This document shows, piece by piece, positions 60,189 through 64,000 of a stretch of DNA of 64,000 nt. Every line of letters starts with the position of its first letter. The stretch's first letter is position 1. The notes below the pieces were generated by a model. The model was not told where the DNA came from. It did no database searches and worked only from the letters and a program-made list of their open reading frames with translations. The position numbers and the translations under genes were made by a program. Source of the DNA: Bacillota bacterium (lineage in GTDB: Bacteria > Bacillota > Clostridia > Oscillospirales > Oscillospiraceae); assembly GCA_022784505.1 (NCBI GenBank), contig JALFUQ010000056.1:1799-65798 (forward strand), written 5' to 3'.

Positions 60189-62029
60189 TTTGCACCTCTT
60201 ACAAGCGTGACCGCTTTTTTATAAAGAGTATCGCTGTCAAGGCCGCAGTCCTTATAAAGCTCTGCGACAGTGCCGTGCGTAACGATGCCTCCGCCAAGCG
60301 TGCATATGCTTGCACCATCAAGACACACTCCGGCTTTCTCCGCTGCGATAAGCAGCATTTCGCCAACGCAGCCGTGCTCGCATACGTCCTCGGCAGTCAG
60401 GAGCTTTCTGGTCTTTCTGAGTGACTCAACAATCTCATCCGTACGCATCGGCTTTATTTGCGATATCTTGATGACCTCGGCCGAAATGCCGTCGGCTGCG
60501 AGCTTTTGTGATAGCTCAAGCATCGTGTTGACCATCGTTCCATAGGCTGCGAGTGTTATATCGCCGCCATGCGTAAGCACTTCAGTGATGCCGTGGCTTA
60601 CATCTTTATATGCGCCCTCGCCGCCGCGGGGATATCTGATAGCTACAGGACCGTCCATTTCGTTTATCGCCATGTCGAGCATCTTTTCAAGCTCGGCAAA
60701 GCTTGCCGGGCACAGCACCTGCATTCCCGGCACGGAGCACAGATAGTCGACATCGAAAACGCCGTGATGCGTCTCGCCATCGCTGCCGACAAGTCCTGCC
60801 CTGTCAACGCAAAGCACCACATGCAGGTTCAGCAGCGACACGTCATGGATGAGCATGTCATATGCACGCTGCAAAAAGCTTGAGTATATCGCAACGACCG
60901 GCACGAGTCCCTGCTTTGCCATTCCCGCTGCCATTGACACGGCATGCTGCTCGGCAATGCCGACATCGAAAAAGCGGTCGGGGTATACCTCCGAAAACTC
61001 ATTCAGCCCCGTTCCCGATGACATTGCGGCAGTTATGGCAACTATATCTTTGTTTTTCTCCGCAAGTTCAACAAGCTTGTGACCGAAGACGGTGGAGAAG
61101 CAAGTGCCGCTGTTTTGGAGCTCACCGGTCGCGGGGTCAAATTTACCGACGCCGTGGTACTTATCCGGGTGCTTTTCGGCATAATCACAGCCCTTGCCCT
61201 TAGTTGTCAGGACATGGACGAGGACGGTGGTTTTCATTTCCTTTGCCCAGCGGATAACGGTCTCAAGCTGTTCAACATCATGCCCGTCAACAGGGCCGAG
61301 ATAATAAATCCCCATCGAATCGAACAGGTTTGACGGCAAAATTGACTTTTTAAGTGCTTCCTTGAGCTTATGGTTCATCTCATAAAGCGGCGTAATATTG
61401 CCGACGGTGCGGCGATACCAGCGTTTGAAGTTAATATACCCGGGCTTGATGCGCTCCTGCGACAAAAGCTTTGCCATACCGCCAACATTGCTGTTTATAG
61501 ACATGCCGTTGTCATTAAGGATAATGACAATAGGCTCATCGCATCCGCCGACATTTGCAAGCCCCTCATAGGCCAGTCCGCCCGTGAGTGCACCGTCGCC
61601 TATCACGGCAACAACATCGTATTTTTCTTTTTTCAGTGTTCTCGCCCTTGCCATTCCGAGCGCGAGCGAGACAGAATCAGATGCGTGACCTGCGATGAAC
61701 GCATCATCCGCCGCCTCATATGGTTTTGGGAAGCCAGATATGCCGCCGTGGCAGCGCAGGGTATTAAAGCGATCCCTGCGGCCGGTGATGATTTTATGAG
61801 CATAGCTTTGATGCCCGACATCGAAAACGATCCTGTCTCGCGTGCTGTCGTACACTCTGTGCAGTGCAACGGTGAGCTCGACCGTCCCGAGATTGGATGC
61901 CAAGTGGCCGCCGGTCTTAGAGACATTTTCTATTATAAACTGTCTCAGCTCCTCGCACAGCGGCTTAAGCTCATTTGCATCGAGCATCTTTATATCGTTC
62001 GATGAATTAACTTTATTCAAAATATTCAA
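60185..62029 (-). CDS. dxs: 1-deoxy-D-xylulose-5-phosphate synthase
   Basis: GGHLASNLG, GDGALTGG, and EQHAV motifs. Confidence 0.9.
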   Translation of the reverse strand: MNILNKVNSSNDIKMLDANELKPLCEELRQFIIENVSKTGGHLASNLGTVELTVALHRVYDSTRDRIVFDVGHQSYAHKIITGRRDRFNTLRCHGGISGFPKPYEAADDAFIAGHASDSVSLALGMARARTLKKEKYDVVAVIGDGALTGGLAYEGLANVGGCDEPIVIILNDNGMSINSNVGGMAKLLSQERIKPGYINFKRWYRRTVGNITPLYEMNHKLKEALKKSILPSNLFDSMGIYYLGPVDGHDVEQLETVIRWAKEMKTTVLVHVLTTKGKGCDYAEKHPDKYHGVGKFDPATGELQNSGTCFSTVFGHKLVELAEKNKDIVAITAAMSSGTGLNEFSEVYPDRFFDVGIAEQHAVSMAAGMAKQGLVPVVAIYSSFLQRAYDMLIHDVSLLNLHVVLCVDRAGLVGSDGETHHGVFDVDYLCSVPGMQVLCPASFAELEKMLDMAINEMDGPVAIRYPRGGEGAYKDVSHGITEVLTHGGDITLAAYGTMVNTMLELSQKLAADGISAEVIKISQIKPMRTDEIVESLRKTRKLLTAEDVCEHGCVGEMLLIAAEKAGVCLDGASICTLGGGIVTHGTVAELYKDCGLDSDTLYKKAVTLVRGAK

Positions 62030-62086
62030 AACAATGCCTCAATATATAACTATTTATTCGCATAATTTGCTATTTTATATAATAAC

Positions 62087-62128
62087 AAACCACACCGAAT
62101 ATTACAAGATGCAATCGGTGTGGTTTTT
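62087..62128 (-). terminator. hairpin between ispA and dxs
   Basis: 12-bp stem AAACCACACCGA / TCGGTGTGGTTT with a 16-nt loop and T/A runs on both sides. Confidence 0.55.
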
Positions 62129-62142
62129 AAGTTTATTTACAA

Positions 62143-63009
62143 TTAAGCCATGCGGGTGACCATGGAATCGGCAAGTTCGCAGAGAAATGCGGTATCATCA
62201 AACGCTTCATTGAGCACAGCTTTGGCTTGTTCGGTGAGCTTTTTTATCATTTCCATGCAGCGATCGGCACCGTAGAGCGCCATATAGGTGTTCTTATGCT
62301 CCTGCGCATCCGAGCCTATGGGCTTACCAAGCTGCTCGCTCGTGCTTATGACATCGAGCATATCGTCTCTTATCTGGAACGCGGCACCGATGGCAGCGCC
62401 GAACATCGCAGCCGCCTCAAGCTGCTTATCGCTGCCGCCTGCTGCGGCAACGCCCATGGTGCAGGCAGCTATCAAAAGCGCGCCGGTCTTGCGGCTGTTT
62501 ATCTCGTCAAGCTCTTGCGCAGTGAGTTTTTTATTCTCGCCTATCATGTCAAGAAACTGACCGCCGCACATTCCGTCGGCACCCACGGCATCGGCAAGTA
62601 TGCGGGCACACTCTGCTCTCGCTTCCGCGGGAAGCTCGCTGCGAAGTATTGTGCCAAAGGCTTCGGCTTGCAGGGCATCGCCAGCAAGGATCGCCGTACA
62701 TTCACCGTAAACGACATGATTTGTCGGCTTGCCACGGCGCAGGTCGTCATTGTCCATGCATGGCAGGTCGTCATGTATAAGGCTGTATGTATGCAGCATT
62801 TCGATCGCGCATGCAGCTGGGAGTGCCTTATCACAGTCACCGCCGGTTATTCTGCAAAACTCCAGAACAAGTATTGGCCTTATGCGCTTACCGCCTGCGT
62901 TGAGGCTATATCGCATGGACTCGAAAAGTCCTGCCTGAGGCATATCATCGGCATGGAAATATTCAGCGAGCTTTGCGTCTATAAGTATTTTGTATTCTTT
63001 TAAAGTCAT
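62143..63009 (-). CDS. ispA: (2E,6E)-farnesyl diphosphate synthase / polyprenyl synthetase
   Basis: The start is MTLKEYK. Both Asp-rich motifs are present (LIHDDLPCMDNDDLRRG and QIRDDMLD). The ORF-track extension to 63105 was rejected. Confidence 0.85.
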   Translation of the reverse strand: MTLKEYKILIDAKLAEYFHADDMPQAGLFESMRYSLNAGGKRIRPILVLEFCRITGGDCDKALPAACAIEMLHTYSLIHDDLPCMDNDDLRRGKPTNHVVYGECTAILAGDALQAEAFGTILRSELPAEARAECARILADAVGADGMCGGQFLDMIGENKKLTAQELDEINSRKTGALLIAACTMGVAAAGGSDKQLEAAAMFGAAIGAAFQIRDDMLDVISTSEQLGKPIGSDAQEHKNTYMALYGADRCMEMIKKLTEQAKAVLNEAFDDTAFLCELADSMVTRMA

Positions 63010-63010
63010 A

Positions 63011-63241
63011 TCAGCCTTTATCCTCAAGCGGAAGCTCGATAGGCTCGCCGTCCGGGCCTTTCTTAAGCTTAACAACCATCTGCTCTGCCTCATTGAGCAT
63101 GGCATCGCAGCCGGTTATAAGGGCGGTACCCTCCTCAAATAGTTTAAGCGAATCGCTCAGCGGTGCGTCACCCTTTTCAAGCAGCTTTACTATCTCATCA
63201 AGTCTTGTTATCGACTGCTCAAAGCTCAGTTTATCACTCAT
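63011..63241 (-). CDS. xseB: exodeoxyribonuclease VII small subunit
   Basis: LSFEQSITRLDEIVKLLE..LSDSLKLFEEG. The start overlaps the xseA stop by 8 nt. Confidence 0.85.
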   Translation of the reverse strand: MSDKLSFEQSITRLDEIVKLLEKGDAPLSDSLKLFEEGTALITGCDAMLNEAEQMVVKLKKGPDGEPIELPLEDKG

Positions 63242-64000
63242 GTATTGTTTCCTCACTTTCCTCTACGCGGCATCTTATAACGCCGTCGCTGACACTCAGC
63301 ATTATCTTATCATTGGGCTTTACGCCGCTTACGCTTCGCACGAGCTTGCCGCTATCATCTGATGCAATGGCATATCCCCTGTTGAGTACCTTGAGCGGGC
63401 TCATTGCATCAAGGGATGCAGCCAGGCGCACAAATTCACGCCGTTTGGCCGAATTTGACCTGTCGGCAGCGGCAATGAACTTGTCCTTCATATAGTCAAG
63501 CTCGGCGCGCTTGCTGTCAACATACGCCATAGGCGTTTGCAGAACTCTGCGCTTTTTAAGCTCCTCCAGCCTCGATTCGAGTGTTAATATTTTCTTGCGC
63601 ATCGCCTGTGTGCGGCGGATGCTCAGGTTATCAAGAAGCTCGCGAATGTCCCTCACGTTCGGGACGGCAAGCTCAGCTGCGTTTGACGGCGTTGATGCTC
63701 GTACGTCGGCGACATAGTCGGCAATGGTAACATCCGGCTCGTGGCCTACTGCTGATATCACAGGAAGCTCGGACTCGTAAATTGCTCTCGCGACACGTTC
63801 GTCATTGAACGCCCACAGATCTTCAATTGAGCCGCCGCCTCTGCCGGTGATTATGAGGTCTGCAACCTTGTGTCGGTTTGCGTATCTTATGGCGCCGACT
63901 ATTTCCGGCGGTGCTTCTACGCCCTGCACTCTCACAGGCAGCAGCACAATCTTAGTCATAGGCCAGCGCTGACCGAGTATCCTTATCATATCGTGCACAG
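63234..64000 (-). CDS. xseA: exodeoxyribonuclease VII large subunit, C-terminal part (5' end beyond the window)
   Basis: LLPVRVQG..., IITGRGGGSIEDLWAFN and VISAVGHE motifs. The frame is open to the window edge. Confidence 0.85.
   Translation of the reverse strand, partial: VHDMIRILGQRWPMTKIVLLPVRVQGVEAPPEIVGAIRYANRHKVADLIITGRGGGSIEDLWAFNDERVARAIYESELPVISAVGHEPDVTIADYVADVRASTPSNAAELAVPNVRDIRELLDNLSIRRTQAMRKKILTLESRLEELKKRRVLQTPMAYVDSKRAELDYMKDKFIAAADRSNSAKRREFVRLAASLDAMSPLKVLNRGYAIASDDSGKLVRSVSGVKPNDKIMLSVSDGVIRCRVEESEETIHE

Overview
This 64 kb window looks like core chromosome from an endospore-forming Firmicute of class Clostridia. The taxonomic guess is inference only, based on about 50% GC, a PPi-dependent PFK and many sporulation genes. 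All identifications were made by eye from the ORF translations and remembered family motifs, with no BLAST or HMM run. Start codons were refined by eye using Shine-Dalgarno spacing.

The left part (1 to 35.7 kb) is almost all plus strand:
- It holds the conserved Firmicute block yicC-remA-gmk-rpoZ-priA-def-fmt-rsmB-rlmN-PP2C phosphatase-PASTA kinase-rsgA.
- It also holds queA-tgt-yajC, xerD, ruvCAB, sigH, trmK-nif3, spoIVA, cwlD and radA.

The right part (35.7 to 64 kb) is mostly minus strand:
- xseA-xseB-ispA-dxs-tlyA-nadK-argR-recN.
- A Tyr T-box operon ending in tyrS-ybaK.
- rpe-recR, and rnj with two dipeptidases.
- murD, ligA, cotJ and fba.
- One class A RNase P RNA, which is plus-strand like the pfp and symporter genes (38.5 to 41 kb) in this half.

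I saw no CRISPR array, transposase, phage module, toxin-antitoxin pair, rRNA or tRNA. I found no convincing defence island or other clearly novel multi-gene system, so the region reads as ordinary housekeeping and sporulation DNA.

The items most worth a second look are:
- An intact but catalytically degenerate P1B-type ATPase homologue lacking the actuator domain, just downstream of fba.
- A break in the conserved rsgA-rpe synteny that a single 41 kb inversion would repair. Its midpoint lies near the only plus-to-minus strand convergence.
- A Tyr T-box whose first regulated gene is a C_GCAxxG_C_C protein rather than the synthetase.
- A CotJA-CotJB fusion ORF.
- An uncharacterised gene translationally coupled to radA.
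- Several small sequence motifs, including shared SigE-like promoters, an unannotated 50-codon membrane ORF, and repeats in an AT-rich intergenic region.
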